64,000 bases of DNA. It comes from a bacterium (GTDB lineage: Bacteria; Actinomycetota; Acidimicrobiia; Spongiisociales; JAENVV01). The stretch is taken from contig JAHEDI010000004.1 of assembly GCA_024641305.1 (NCBI GenBank), positions 2,126-66,125 on the forward strand, given 5' to 3'. How positions within the stretch are numbered: position 1 is the stretch's first letter; each line of letters starts with the position of its first letter. Shown one piece after another: positions 39,795-50,370 of the stretch. The translations under genes were made by a program, and so were the position numbers. The notes beneath the pieces were generated by a model. The model was given only the letters and a program-made list of their open reading frames with translations, was not told the origin of the DNA and did not search any database.

Positions 39795-41047
39795 CGACCC
39801 ACCCCGATATACGAGAGTCCAACTGCCCTCACGGCAATCGGATCCAGGAGGTTACGGGCGTCCACAATGGCGGATCCACGCATTTGGGTGGCGACGGCTC
39901 GCAAGTCATATCGTTGGAATTCAGGCCATTCGGTCGCGATGAGTAAAACGTCAGCTCCCTTGATGGTCGACATGGCGTCACCCCCTTCGGGGATGCCCGG
40001 CACGGAAGCCTGGGGGTCAAACGCGACTACGTCAGCGCCGGCTTCCATCAACTGGTCGATTACTCGAACGGCGGGACTCTCTCGAACGTCATCGGTGCCG
40101 GCCTTAAACGCCAATCCCCAGACTGCCACTCTCGCTCCGGCGAGCTTACCGCCGGCCGCATCCCGGACTTTCGCAACCGTTCTGGCAAATTGCTCTTCAT
40201 TGGTTGCAATCACTCCAGACATGAGCGAAAAGTCGTAGCCGGCATCCGCTGCCAAACGAACGAGCGCCCGGGTGTCCTTGGGAAAGCACGAACCACCAAA
40301 CCCGGGACCGGGACGCATGAACGAGAACCCGATGCGGTGGTCGTAGCCAATCCCGAGCAAGACGTCGCGCACATCGGCCCCCACCGCCTCGCACACATTG
40401 GCCATTGCATTCGCGTAGGTGACCCTGGCGGCCAAATAGCCATTGGCTGCATACTTGATAACCTCGGCCGAGGTGAGGTCGGTCACCAGGATTGGAGCGT
40501 CGATCGATCGATACAGTTCGATCAACTGGTCGACGTTGCGTCGATCCTCGGTACCAATGACGATACGGTCGGGCTTCATAAAATCTGTAACAGCACTCCC
40601 CTCGCGCAGAAACTCGGGGTTCGACGCCACGGGCCGCCTGGTTCTGATCCCGACTTCCAGGTTGGTCCCGACGGGCACCGTCGACTTGGTGACGACCAAA
40701 CAGTCCTGCGGTAAAACGGCGGCGAGTTCGTCGGCAACGGAATAGATCGCCGACACGTCGGCCTCCCCATCATCGCCTTGGGGAGTCGGCAGCGCCAGAA
40801 ACACAATCTGAGCATCCTTGACGGCCGCATGATTCGAATCGGTAACGACCAGCGACCCGTCGGCGAGGGTGGCGCTCAAGAGTTCGGGGAGCCCCGGCTC
40901 GAAGATCGGAGATCGTCCCGCCCGAATCTCGGCAACGCGTGCCGGATCCCGTTCTGCAAGGGTTACCTTGTTACCGAGGTGAGCGAGCCCGACGGCCTGT
41001 ACCAGACCCACGTATCCTGCTCCGATCACGGCTACTCGCATCAGCAC
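39791..41047 (-). CDS. ugd: UDP-glucose 6-dehydrogenase
   Basis: GAGYVG, KSTVP, NPEFLREG, GFGGSCFPKD, FKAGTDD.RES. Confidence 0.95.
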   Translation of the reverse strand: MLMRVAVIGAGYVGLVQAVGLAHLGNKVTLAERDPARVAEIRAGRSPIFEPGLPELLSATLADGSLVVTDSNHAAVKDAQIVFLALPTPQGDDGEADVSAIYSVADELAAVLPQDCLVVTKSTVPVGTNLEVGIRTRRPVASNPEFLREGSAVTDFMKPDRIVIGTEDRRNVDQLIELYRSIDAPILVTDLTSAEVIKYAANGYLAARVTYANAMANVCEAVGADVRDVLLGIGYDHRIGFSFMRPGPGFGGSCFPKDTRALVRLAADAGYDFSLMSGVIATNEEQFARTVAKVRDAAGGKLAGARVAVWGLAFKAGTDDVRESPAVRVIDQLMEAGADVVAFDPQASVPGIPEGGDAMSTIKGADVLLIATEWPEFQRYDLRAVATQMRGSAIVDARNLLDPIAVRAVGLSYIGVGR

Positions 41048-41068
41048 CCCCTGAGTGTCCGAACCAAG

Positions 41069-42364
41069 TTAGCCGGGTTGATTGAGCGAGTCAGCTCCGA
41101 GAATAATGAGAACATCGGAGGTGCCAGGGGTCCCTTCGACAACTTCTCCGAACCCGAGCCGTTGGAGGACGAGTTCTCCGTATCCCGATCCAATCGGGCT
41201 CACAATCTGAGTGACGGGGACCGCAAACGTGTCATAGTCAACGACCGACACAACCTCGAAACCCATATCGTCGAGGGCACTCGCCCAGCGAGTAGCGGCT
41301 CCAAGGGCGCCGTTGCCGTTGGCCACTTCGATGGTGAGAATCTGGGGCGCGGTCGTAGTCGGACCCGCTTCGGCCGCCGCGGGGGTCACTTGCTCGAAGG
41401 CCGATAAGGCGTCGGTTGCGGCCGGCTCATCGCGGATCTCGTAATAGAGCCCGTCGATGATCTCGGTGTGGGTTGGCAACGTGGCCGCCGAAATGTTGTC
41501 GGTCCCAAAGGTCCGAAACGCAAGAGCGAGTGAGACGAGATCCAACTCGCTGAAGTTCGGATCGACCACCATGAACTGAGCAAGCTCGGCGACGAGCGAC
41601 TGAACGCCTACGACATTTGACGGCTTCTTGAGTTGACCGAGAATCGCTCCAAGCAACTGCTGTTGCCGTTTGGTCCTGCCGATATCATTGGCATCTGCGC
41701 TGGCCCACTGTCCATCGCGTAATTCTTGATAGGACCGGGACCGAGCGTACGCCAGGGCCATCCGCCCGTCGAGAATCTGTGTTCCTGCCTCAACCGAGAG
41801 TTTGCTCTTCAAGTCGCGGGCCGGATACGGGAAGGTGACGGTCAGGCCGCCAAGCTTATCGACAAGACCGGCAAACCCGACAAAGTCGATCTCGACATAG
41901 TGATGGATCGGGATTCCCAGCTCTGCCTGAACCGTCGACAGCATGAGCGACGCGCCACCGAATGCATAGGCGGCGTTCACTTTCTGAACCCCGTACCCGT
42001 CGACATCTACGCGTAGGTCACGAGGGAGGCTGAGCAGCTGGACCGAACCGGAATCAGGGAACGCCCTGACGAGCATGATGACGTCGGCGCGTTGGCCCTT
42101 GAAATCTCCGAAGTCACCCCCCCAATCGTCAGGCAAATTCTCGCGGGAGTCCGACCCGAGCATCAGAAAGGTGATCGGATCACCCGGGTCGGATGGAGAC
42201 TCGGTCAATATTTCATCGAGCTGCGGGACGACGGTGAAGTTCGCCAGCTGGTCCGACACCTGATTGACCTGCCAGAGCGCGTACCCAACCATGAGGTTTG
42301 CGAGGACCAGCGTCGTGATGACACTTCGCTTGACCCAGATCCATTTGTCGGACTTCCTAGCCAT
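41069..42364 (-). CDS. LCP (LytR-CpsA-Psr) glycopolymer ligase with LytR C-terminal domain
   Basis: GSDSR, RAD.IM, SLPRD, K.NAAY, YARSR, D.GR..RQQ; C-terminal V.NG.G..G.A. Confidence 0.95.
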   Translation of the reverse strand: MARKSDKWIWVKRSVITTLVLANLMVGYALWQVNQVSDQLANFTVVPQLDEILTESPSDPGDPITFLMLGSDSRENLPDDWGGDFGDFKGQRADVIMLVRAFPDSGSVQLLSLPRDLRVDVDGYGVQKVNAAYAFGGASLMLSTVQAELGIPIHHYVEIDFVGFAGLVDKLGGLTVTFPYPARDLKSKLSVEAGTQILDGRMALAYARSRSYQELRDGQWASADANDIGRTKRQQQLLGAILGQLKKPSNVVGVQSLVAELAQFMVVDPNFSELDLVSLALAFRTFGTDNISAATLPTHTEIIDGLYYEIRDEPAATDALSAFEQVTPAAAEAGPTTTAPQILTIEVANGNGALGAATRWASALDDMGFEVVSVVDYDTFAVPVTQIVSPIGSGYGELVLQRLGFGEVVEGTPGTSDVLIILGADSLNQPG

Positions 42365-42409
42365 GACAGATCAGGCTATCGACCGAAGCCACGTGTGGTC
42401 CGACGCCCA

Positions 42410-43219
42410 TCAGTAGTCACTAGGTTCGGGCTGTGGGAGGCTGGCCGACAGGAACTTCGGTATACGTGAAGAGGCGTCAGAAGCCGCGCCTGACTGAAAG
42501 GAATCGGAGTCGGGATCCATGAAGCCGTGTCCGGCCGACTCATAGACAATCCATCGCCCTGACGGGTTGAGGTCGGCGGCGACGTCGACACCTTCGGAGG
42601 GAATGTGTTCGTCATTGGCGCCGTACAGACCGAGCACCGGGATCAGAATCCGCTCGAGGGCATCCCTGACTGTAAGCATTCTCTGCTCATCGCCGGCCAA
42701 CGGGGCGTGAATGACAACCAGGCCGGCGAGACGACGCCGATCAGCGGCATACAGGAGTCCAAAACGCCCACCCGTGTCTACCCCGACCATGCCGACTGGT
42801 CCGCTGACCGTAAAATCAGAGGCGCCTCCAACCGCGAAGTCGATGGCCCGATCGATGTCCGTGAGGGCTCTGCGATCGTCCAGGGCACTGTAAGCCGACA
42901 CCGCTTCGTCAAGCGTTGATTCTGATGGCAATGGCGATGCGTACGGGTCAAACGAGATTGCCACAAAACCATGCCGGGCCAGTTGACGAACCAAATCCTT
43001 CTCGAAAGATCGCAGACCGAAAATGCCGGGAAGGACGATTACGGCCGGGTATTTTCCGACCTGGTCGGGGCGCGCCAGGTACCCGTTTCTGAACCCGCTC
43101 CCGACCGGGATGGCATAGGAATGAAACAGAATGTTGTAGGTGCCCTCATGAGGAAGAACCGCCACGACGTCTCCTTGGTGTGCATCGGGAAGAGTAGTCG
43201 GTCGAATCGGGGATACCAT
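42410..43219 (-). CDS. Dienelactone hydrolase-family protein (Cys to Asp at the nucleophile elbow)
   Basis: GYLARP, IFGL, LA..GFV, GVDTGG, G..D..IP, GHGF. Confidence 0.85.
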   Translation of the reverse strand: MVSPIRPTTLPDAHQGDVVAVLPHEGTYNILFHSYAIPVGSGFRNGYLARPDQVGKYPAVIVLPGIFGLRSFEKDLVRQLARHGFVAISFDPYASPLPSESTLDEAVSAYSALDDRRALTDIDRAIDFAVGGASDFTVSGPVGMVGVDTGGRFGLLYAADRRRLAGLVVIHAPLAGDEQRMLTVRDALERILIPVLGLYGANDEHIPSEGVDVAADLNPSGRWIVYESAGHGFMDPDSDSFQSGAASDASSRIPKFLSASLPQPEPSDY

Positions 43220-43224
43220 CCAAC

Positions 43225-43896
43225 CTAAGACGGGCCGGCGCGGACCTCCCAGACCTCACCCGTCACGAGCGATCGAACACCATCACTGGTCTCGACTATG
43301 AGTTCGCCACCCTGACCGACATCGACCGCTCGACCGGCACCACTCGGTTTCCAGGTGATGAGGTTGTTGATCGTCACGCAGCGCTCTACGTATGCCGCCC
43401 GATCCCAGCGCTCGCTCCCCGCATCGGCCCTCATCAAAAGCTGCGACGCAAATGCGGCGGCCAGGCTCTCACATCGACCGGGATCCTGCCTGTACACGGC
43501 TCCATAGCCAACAGGAGGTTCTGGCCAATAGAGGTTCAGTCCGAACCCGATCGTGACAACCGGTCCAACGGCTTCAGCCAAAATGCCTCCGACTTTGTAC
43601 CCGGCCGCATTCACCAGGTCATTAGGCCACTTCAGCCTGGCCTCGACCACATCGGTCGCTGCCAACCCCGCGACCAGCGGCAGCCGTCCGAATGTCGATG
43701 GCTCCCACCGTGGCGCCCAACAGACGGAAACCGCAAGGGCGCGCGGGGCGTTCTCCCACGTCCGATTAGTCCGCCCCCGGCCGCGAGTTTGGCGGGCAGC
43801 AGCAATCACCACGGGCGATCCTTCGAAGAGATGACGCGCCTCGTCTTGAGTCGAGGTAGTTTCCTCAATCCATTCGAAAACGTAGGGTGTATCCAA
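43225..43896 (-). CDS. birA: Biotin-protein ligase (no HTH)
   Basis: STQ, QT.GRGR..R.W, KWPND, KVGGIL, G.G.N. Confidence 0.93.
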   Translation of the reverse strand: MDTPYVFEWIEETTSTQDEARHLFEGSPVVIAAARQTRGRGRTNRTWENAPRALAVSVCWAPRWEPSTFGRLPLVAGLAATDVVEARLKWPNDLVNAAGYKVGGILAEAVGPVVTIGFGLNLYWPEPPVGYGAVYRQDPGRCESLAAAFASQLLMRADAGSERWDRAAYVERCVTINNLITWKPSGAGRAVDVGQGGELIVETSDGVRSLVTGEVWEVRAGPS

Positions 43897-43917
43897 CCAG
43901 AGACCTCGCGAGTCGAA

Positions 43918-45504
43918 GTGAGTGGACAGAACCCTAAACCGTGGGAGTTAGCGTTGGGCACCGAACAACACATCGAGCGACTCCGAATGTTGCGCGAACA
44001 AGCCCAGCACTCGGGCAGCCAGCGCGCCGTCGACCGCCAGCATGACCAGGGCAAACTAACCGCCCGTGAGCGCCTCGGACTCTTGCTTGACAAAGGCTCA
44101 TTCGAAGAGATCGACATGTTCGTGCGCCATCAGGCATCCGGGTTCGGGCTCGAAGACCAGCGTCCGCCCGGCGACGCGGTCATCACCGGATGGGGAACAA
44201 TCGACGGACGTACGGTTTTCGTGTTTGCCGAGGACTTCACCGTTTTCGGCGGTTCGCTGGGTCAGGCAGTCTCCGAGAAGATCTGCAAGGTTCTCGACAT
44301 GGCCATGGAAGTCGGTGCCCCGGTCATCGGCCTCAAAGATTCGGGCGGAGCCAGGATCCAGGAAGGCGTCGACGCACTCGACGGCTATGGCCGGATATTT
44401 TTCAGAAACGTCCGCGCCTCAGGGGTCATTCCGCAGATATCCGTCATCATGGGCCCATGCGCGGGTGGAGCCGTCTATTCGCCGGCCATCACCGACTTCA
44501 TTTTCCAGGTCGAAGGAACTTCTCATCTGTTCATCACCGGACCTGAAGTCATCAAGACGGTCACGGGCGAGGATGTCTCCATGGAAGAACTCGGAGGCGC
44601 CCATGCCCACGCCTCTATTTCAGGTGTCACGCACTTCGTCTGCTCTTCCGAGGAGGAAGCACTCGACGAGGTTCGATACCTCGTCAGTTTCCTGCCGCAA
44701 AACAACATGGAGGTTCCGCCCTTCTTCGCTCCCAGCGACGCTCCGGATCGGACGATCGATCTCCTCGACGCGATCATTCCTGATTCTCCCAATCAGCCGT
44801 ACAACATGGTCGACCTCATCGAAGCAGTAGTCGACGACGGCGAGTTCTATCAGGTCCATGAATCGTTCGCCAGGAACATCGTCACCGGCCTCGCCAGACT
44901 CGACGGCTACACCATCGGCGTGGTTGGCAACCAACCAAACACCATGGCGGGAACGCTCGACATCAGCGCGTCTGAGAAAAGTGCCCGATTTGTTCGGTTC
45001 TGCGACGCATTCAACATTCCGCTCGTGACGTTCGTGGACGTCCCAGGATTCATGCCAGGCGTCGAACAAGAACACGGCGGCATCATTCGCCATGGAGCAA
45101 AGCTTCTGTATGCGTATTGTGAGGCAACCGTTCCCCGGATCACGATCATTACTCGCAAGTCATACGGCGGGGCGTACCTCGTCATGAATGCCCGCGGCAT
45201 CGGTGCCGACATGGTCTATGCGTGGCCGTCAGCTCAGATCGCGGTCATGGGCGCCCCGGGAGCCGTTAACATCATTCATAGGAAGACCCTGAGCGAGGCA
45301 GAAGATCTTGAGGTGCGACGTAAGGAACTCATCGACGAGTACGAGCACACCTTCAACAATCCGTATCGAGCCGCAGAGCTCGGATTGGTCGACGATGTGA
45401 TCGAACCGCGCGACACACGAGTTCGACTGATCAGAGCGCTCGATATGCTCAGAAACAAGCGCCAGACGCTGCCCCCGAAAAAGCATGGGAACATTCCACT
45501 GTGA
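43918..45504 (+). CDS. Acyl-CoA (propionyl-CoA) carboxylase carboxyltransferase subunit
   Basis: GKLTARER, DSGGARIQEG, GPCAGGAVYS, DVPGF, KSYGGAY, KKHGNIPL. Confidence 0.96.
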   Translation: MSGQNPKPWELALGTEQHIERLRMLREQAQHSGSQRAVDRQHDQGKLTARERLGLLLDKGSFEEIDMFVRHQASGFGLEDQRPPGDAVITGWGTIDGRTVFVFAEDFTVFGGSLGQAVSEKICKVLDMAMEVGAPVIGLKDSGGARIQEGVDALDGYGRIFFRNVRASGVIPQISVIMGPCAGGAVYSPAITDFIFQVEGTSHLFITGPEVIKTVTGEDVSMEELGGAHAHASISGVTHFVCSSEEEALDEVRYLVSFLPQNNMEVPPFFAPSDAPDRTIDLLDAIIPDSPNQPYNMVDLIEAVVDDGEFYQVHESFARNIVTGLARLDGYTIGVVGNQPNTMAGTLDISASEKSARFVRFCDAFNIPLVTFVDVPGFMPGVEQEHGGIIRHGAKLLYAYCEATVPRITIITRKSYGGAYLVMNARGIGADMVYAWPSAQIAVMGAPGAVNIIHRKTLSEAEDLEVRRKELIDEYEHTFNNPYRAAELGLVDDVIEPRDTRVRLIRALDMLRNKRQTLPPKKHGNIPL

Positions 45505-47252
45505 TCGAATCCGTCCTGGTCGCCAATCGCGGCGAAATCGCCGTCCGAGTAATCCGCAGCGCCAGGGATCTCGGCGTGCGCACCATTGCCGTCTATTCGG
45601 ACCTGGATCGAGACGCCCCACACGTCAAGCTCGCCGATGAAGCCTGGGCAATCGGGCCGGCCCCAGCCGCTGAATCGTATCTGAACGGCCCACAAATCCT
45701 GCGGGTTGCCAAAGAATCAAATGCGGCTGCCATTCATCCGGGATACGGCTTCCTCTCCGAGAACGGCGACTTTGCTCAAGCGGTTCTTGATGCCGGGCTC
45801 ATCTGGGTTGGACCGCCACCTTCCGCAATCAAGACGATGGGTGACAAGATCGCTTCACGCATGGCCGTGGCGGCGGCCGGCGTCAAGTCGGTTCCTGGCA
45901 CCCTCGAGCCACTCAGGTCGGTCGATGACGCCGCTGCGGCAGCCGCCGAGTTTGGGTATCCGGTGGCTATCAAAGCAGCCCACGGCGGAGGCGGAAAAGG
46001 TCTCCGTGTGGTGCAATCGGCCGAACAACTCGAAGAGGCGTTCGAGGGAGCCAGACGAGAAGCCGACGCCTACTTTGGAGATCCCGCCGTATATGTCGAA
46101 AAATACCTGGCGCGACCCCGGCACATCGAAGCGCAGATCCTGACCGACGCGGCAGGCATCACTCATTTTCTCGGCGAACGGGATTGCTCCGTGCAGCGTC
46201 GTCATCAGAAACTCATCGAGGAAACGCCTGCGTTTGGTATGACCGATGACCAGCGAACCGAATTGGCCACCGCCGCTCGACTGGTCGCCGACGCCTGCGA
46301 CTACCAAAACGCCGGAACCGTGGAATTCCTCATGGATGAGGACGGTTCGATCTACTTTCTGGAAATGAACACCCGGTTGCAGGTCGAACACACGGTTACC
46401 GAAGCCGTTACCGGCATCGACATGGTTCACGCTCAACTTCGAATTGCGTCAGGTGAAAGCCTCGACATCGGAGAAATCACCCCCCGCGGCCACGCCATAG
46501 AATTTCGGATCAATGCAGAGGACCCGGCCGCCGGGTTCTTGCCGAGCCCGGGTCAGATCGTCGAATATCGGGAACCGGCCGGTTTTGGTGTCAGGGTCGA
46601 TGGATGGGTCACGGCCGGCACCCGGGTCACTCAGTATTACGACAACCTGATCGCCAAACTTATCGTCTGGGGAGCGACCCGCGACGAGGCTCTCGCCAGG
46701 GCGCGGGGGGTCCTCTCCGAATACACCATCAGTGGCGTAGCTACGACGATTCCGGCCCATCGCCAGATACTGGACCATCCCACGTTCATTGCCGGAAAAC
46801 ACACCACCAAATTCGTCGAACAAGAACTCGACTTCTCTGGCAGGCTACAAACGGTCTCCGGAACGTTGCCCTCAGAAGAGGCGACAAGCCAGCGCACGAT
46901 GACGGTGGAGGTAGGCGGTCGCCGATTCGACGTTACCTTCTGGGCCCCCGAGGCCCGGATCGCCAGTTCCGATCGGAGGCCCTCGGCGCGCCGACGGTCG
47001 CCCAAACTGACCCGAACCGAAGGCAACACGTCGATTGACGCCGGAGTCATTGCGGCTCCCATGCAAGGCACCATCGTAAAAGTCAGTGTGGCGGCCGGCG
47101 ACCGGGTCCACGAGGGCGCCACCATCTGTGTGTTGGAAGCCATGAAAATGGAGAACGAGGTCAAGTCGCCGATCTCGGGAGAAGTTGTTGAGCTACGATC
47201 TCAAGCCGGAGACACCGTCACGCCCGGCCAGGTTATCGCTATCGTCCGCTAG
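45501..47252 (+). CDS. Biotin carboxylase/biotin carrier (acyl-CoA carboxylase alpha subunit)
   Basis: ANRGEIA, HPGYGFLSEN, RDCSVQRRHQK, EMNTRLQVEH, EAMKM. Confidence 0.97.
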   Translation: MIESVLVANRGEIAVRVIRSARDLGVRTIAVYSDLDRDAPHVKLADEAWAIGPAPAAESYLNGPQILRVAKESNAAAIHPGYGFLSENGDFAQAVLDAGLIWVGPPPSAIKTMGDKIASRMAVAAAGVKSVPGTLEPLRSVDDAAAAAAEFGYPVAIKAAHGGGGKGLRVVQSAEQLEEAFEGARREADAYFGDPAVYVEKYLARPRHIEAQILTDAAGITHFLGERDCSVQRRHQKLIEETPAFGMTDDQRTELATAARLVADACDYQNAGTVEFLMDEDGSIYFLEMNTRLQVEHTVTEAVTGIDMVHAQLRIASGESLDIGEITPRGHAIEFRINAEDPAAGFLPSPGQIVEYREPAGFGVRVDGWVTAGTRVTQYYDNLIAKLIVWGATRDEALARARGVLSEYTISGVATTIPAHRQILDHPTFIAGKHTTKFVEQELDFSGRLQTVSGTLPSEEATSQRTMTVEVGGRRFDVTFWAPEARIASSDRRPSARRRSPKLTRTEGNTSIDAGVIAAPMQGTIVKVSVAAGDRVHEGATICVLEAMKMENEVKSPISGEVVELRSQAGDTVTPGQVIAIVR

Positions 47253-47278
47253 GGCATCCGGGTTCGTTTGGCGGTGGT

Positions 47279-48640
47279 TTAGTCCGCCGCCTCCGTGAGG
47301 CTTTCCGATAGCGACGGATGCACCATCAACGTCTCGACGAGGGTCTCGACATGCAGCCGACCTTGCACCGCCAGTGCCAGGATTCCAATCAGCTCCGATG
47401 CCCGGTGACCAACGATGGTCCCACCGAGAACTTCATGCGTAGCCGGGTCGGAATAGAGCTTTACGAACCCGCGTTCCTGCCCCTGAATGACGGATCGGCT
47501 ATTCGACGCGAACGGCACCTTCGTGCTCCGAATCCGCCGGCCGGCCGCCGCGACGTCCGCCTCCTCAAGGCCGACCGAGGCAATTTCCGGCTCGGCAAAG
47601 ATTGCCTGAGCCACCTTCGAGTAGTCGATCGGCTTGACCTGAAACCCGAGGGCGTGTTTGGCGAGTTTTCGCCCCTGCATCGACGCAACCGACGACAGAG
47701 GCAACCTCCCGGTGACATCCCCAGCCGCGTAGATGTGAGGAACGTTGGTTCTCTGGAACTCATCGACAGGGACATAGCCATGATCGGTTTCAACTCCGGC
47801 CGCCGCAAGGTCAAGCCCGCTGGTCAGCGGGACGCTACCAATCGCCAGAAGTGCGTGTGAACCAGCCACCCTCCGGCCGTCATCGGCGACAATCACCACG
47901 CCCGAATCGCTGACTTCGGCTGCGATGGCTCTGGCACCTTTGAGGAGCCGAACTCCGCGCTCGAGGAAGTCTTCTTCGAGGGCGGCGGCCACTTCGGCGT
48001 CGCGGTGGGGCAGCACTTGCTGGCGGCTCACCAAGAGGCTCACCTTGGCACCCATGGATGCAAAAATGCTCACGAACTCCACCCCGGTTACCCCGGATCC
48101 GACGACGATCATATGCTCAGGGATATCGCCGAGGTGATAGGCATCGCGGGTCGTCAGTATTCGTTTTCCATCGACGGTTGCCCAGTCCGGTACCCGGGGG
48201 GCCGAGCCGGTGGAAATAAGAGCGATGTCGAACGCCAGTTCAATTTCGCCGTCGTCGGTGCTGGCGATGGCCGAGTTTGGACCGGTGAACCGTCCCCGGC
48301 CGTGGATAAGTCTCACTCCTTGATCTTCGAGAACTTCAGATGTGTTCTTGGACAGGTCCGTGGCGATACGATCCATCCGGGCTGACAGCCGCCGGAGATC
48401 GACCGGACTTTGGTCGGCCGCAAAGCCCAACTTCTCGGCATTACGTATCGAGTTCATCCGGATCGACGAAGCGACCATGGTCTTCGAAGGGATACAGTCC
48501 CAGAGGTGAGCTGCCCCACCGATGATCGACGACTCAACCAGAGTGACTTCGGCGTCGAGGGAAGCGGCCACGGTGGCAGCCATTGTGCCGGCCGGTCCGC
48601 CACCGATGATCAAAAAACGTATGGGATTGTCGCCTGCCAC
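47279..48640 (-). CDS. lpdA: NAD(P)H-quinone reductase, LpdA-type flavoprotein
   Basis: GGGPAG; only one of the two redox Cys (AAHLWDCIPSK); C-terminal HPSLSE lacks canonical HPT..E; neighbourhood matches accA-lpdA. Confidence 0.8.
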   Translation of the reverse strand: MAGDNPIRFLIIGGGPAGTMAATVAASLDAEVTLVESSIIGGAAHLWDCIPSKTMVASSIRMNSIRNAEKLGFAADQSPVDLRRLSARMDRIATDLSKNTSEVLEDQGVRLIHGRGRFTGPNSAIASTDDGEIELAFDIALISTGSAPRVPDWATVDGKRILTTRDAYHLGDIPEHMIVVGSGVTGVEFVSIFASMGAKVSLLVSRQQVLPHRDAEVAAALEEDFLERGVRLLKGARAIAAEVSDSGVVIVADDGRRVAGSHALLAIGSVPLTSGLDLAAAGVETDHGYVPVDEFQRTNVPHIYAAGDVTGRLPLSSVASMQGRKLAKHALGFQVKPIDYSKVAQAIFAEPEIASVGLEEADVAAAGRRIRSTKVPFASNSRSVIQGQERGFVKLYSDPATHEVLGGTIVGHRASELIGILALAVQGRLHVETLVETLMVHPSLSESLTEAAD

Positions 48641-48726
48641 GGATCCTCTTCACTAGGTAAGGTTCAGGCTAGAGCCGAATCGGCCAGGCAACCAATAGCC
48701 GACCAGCCCCCCGCCGCGGTTGCGTT

Positions 48727-50295
48727 CTAGTCCCCGAAGACCCCGAAGACCGAGCGCAAGGCGTCGGAAATCTCGCCGAGCGTGGCGCCCGCTCCGAATG
48801 CGTCTCGTATGGCAGGCACGACGTTGGTCGGGCCGGCGGCGACCACCACCAGATCGGCCAGCCGTGCCCGGACACCTTCGTCGTCCCGGCGTAGCCGATG
48901 CTCTCGAAGCGCGGTTTTCTGATGACTTTCCAGTTGGGGATCCACCAGCTGGCTATCGAACTCTGCAGTCTCGTCAGCTTGAAATGCGTTGACCCCAACC
49001 ACAAGATCGCGTCCCGCCTCCAGTCTTCTCGCCGCCTCGTATGCTGCCTGCTCGATGAAGGCGGTCTGTACCCCCTGTTCGACGGCCGGCACCGCGCCTC
49101 CCGCCCCATCGATCACACTGATGAGTTCCCAGGCGGCAGCCTCCAGCTCATCGGTCAGCGTCTCGATAAAATAGGATCCGGCCAGTGGATCGACGGTACC
49201 GGTGATCCCCGACTCGTTGGCCAGAATTTGCTGTGTGCGTAGGGCAACCGTTGCCGAAGCCTCGGTGGGGAGTCCAAGCGCTTCGTCAAAGGCGTTCGTG
49301 TGAAGAGACTGCGTGCCACCCAGGATGGCTGCCATGGCCTGCACCGTGGTTCGAACAACATTGTTCAGCGGTTGTTGGGCGGTCAACGTACTTCCGGCTG
49401 TTTGGGTGTGGAAACGCATTCGCCAGGCGTCGGGAGATCGCGCTCCGATCCGATGGCGCATGAGCGCCGCCCAGATCCGGCGGGCCGCCCGGAACTTGGC
49501 CACTTCTTCAAAAAAGTCATTGTGGCTATTCCAGAAAAAGGACAACCTGGGAGCGAAGTCGTCGACATCGAGACCGGCCTCAATGGCAGCTTCGACGTAC
49601 GCGAGACCATTCGTGAGCGTGAACGCCAACTCCTGGGCTGCCGTTGACCCGGCTTCTCGAATGTGATAGCCGGAAATCGAGATGGTATTCCAGGCTGGAA
49701 TCTCATCGGCACAGTACGCAAACAGGTCGGTGATGACGCGCATCGACGGTCGGGGCGGAAAGATGTACGTACCCCTGGCGATGTACTCTTTGAGAATATC
49801 GTTTTGAATCGTCCCCCGCAGCAATGATGCGTCGATACCGCGCTCGGCAGCGACCAACTGATAGCCGACGAGCAAGATGGCAGCCGTCGAGTTGATGGTC
49901 ATCGAGGTGCTCACTCGATCGAGCGGAAGGTCATGAAAGAGCACTCGAAGGTCGTCAAGTGTGTCAATCGCAACGCCAACCTTCCCGACCTCGCCGGCCG
50001 CCATTGGATGGTCCGAGTCGTAGCCCATCTGTGTTGGTAAGTCGAAGGCCACCGACAGTCCGGTCTGACCGGCCGCCAGCAAAGCTTTGAAACGATCGTT
50101 GGTTGCCGCCGCAGACCCGAACCCCGCATACTGACGCATCGTCCAGTGCCGGCCACGGTACATCGAGGGATACGGTCCCCTCGTGAACGGGTATTCCCCG
50201 GGTGCCCCGATGCGTTCAGGATCGACCGGGCGATCCGGACCATAGAGGACATCGATCTCAATCCCGCTACTGGTGCGCCTGGATTCGTTTGACAT
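48727..50295 (-). CDS. Methylmalonyl-CoA mutase, substrate-binding subunit (no B12 domain)
   Basis: [57 protein letters not shown]. Confidence 0.95.
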   Translation of the reverse strand: MSNESRRTSSGIEIDVLYGPDRPVDPERIGAPGEYPFTRGPYPSMYRGRHWTMRQYAGFGSAAATNDRFKALLAAGQTGLSVAFDLPTQMGYDSDHPMAAGEVGKVGVAIDTLDDLRVLFHDLPLDRVSTSMTINSTAAILLVGYQLVAAERGIDASLLRGTIQNDILKEYIARGTYIFPPRPSMRVITDLFAYCADEIPAWNTISISGYHIREAGSTAAQELAFTLTNGLAYVEAAIEAGLDVDDFAPRLSFFWNSHNDFFEEVAKFRAARRIWAALMRHRIGARSPDAWRMRFHTQTAGSTLTAQQPLNNVVRTTVQAMAAILGGTQSLHTNAFDEALGLPTEASATVALRTQQILANESGITGTVDPLAGSYFIETLTDELEAAAWELISVIDGAGGAVPAVEQGVQTAFIEQAAYEAARRLEAGRDLVVGVNAFQADETAEFDSQLVDPQLESHQKTALREHRLRRDDEGVRARLADLVVVAAGPTNVVPAIRDAFGAGATLGEISDALRSVFGVFGD

Positions 50296-50313
50296 GCTCT
50301 AAGATCTCCAACC

Positions 50314-50327
50314 CTGTAAAGTTACAG
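50314..50327. promoter_or_regulatory. Palindromic operator candidate CTGTAA-AG-TTACAG
   Basis: Perfect 6-2-6 AT-rich inverted repeat in the divergent mutase/PBP intergenic region. Confidence 0.45.
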
Positions 50328-50370
50328 ATTACCGGCAACTTTTCCCGACCCCCTTTCGTTGGATATCCGT

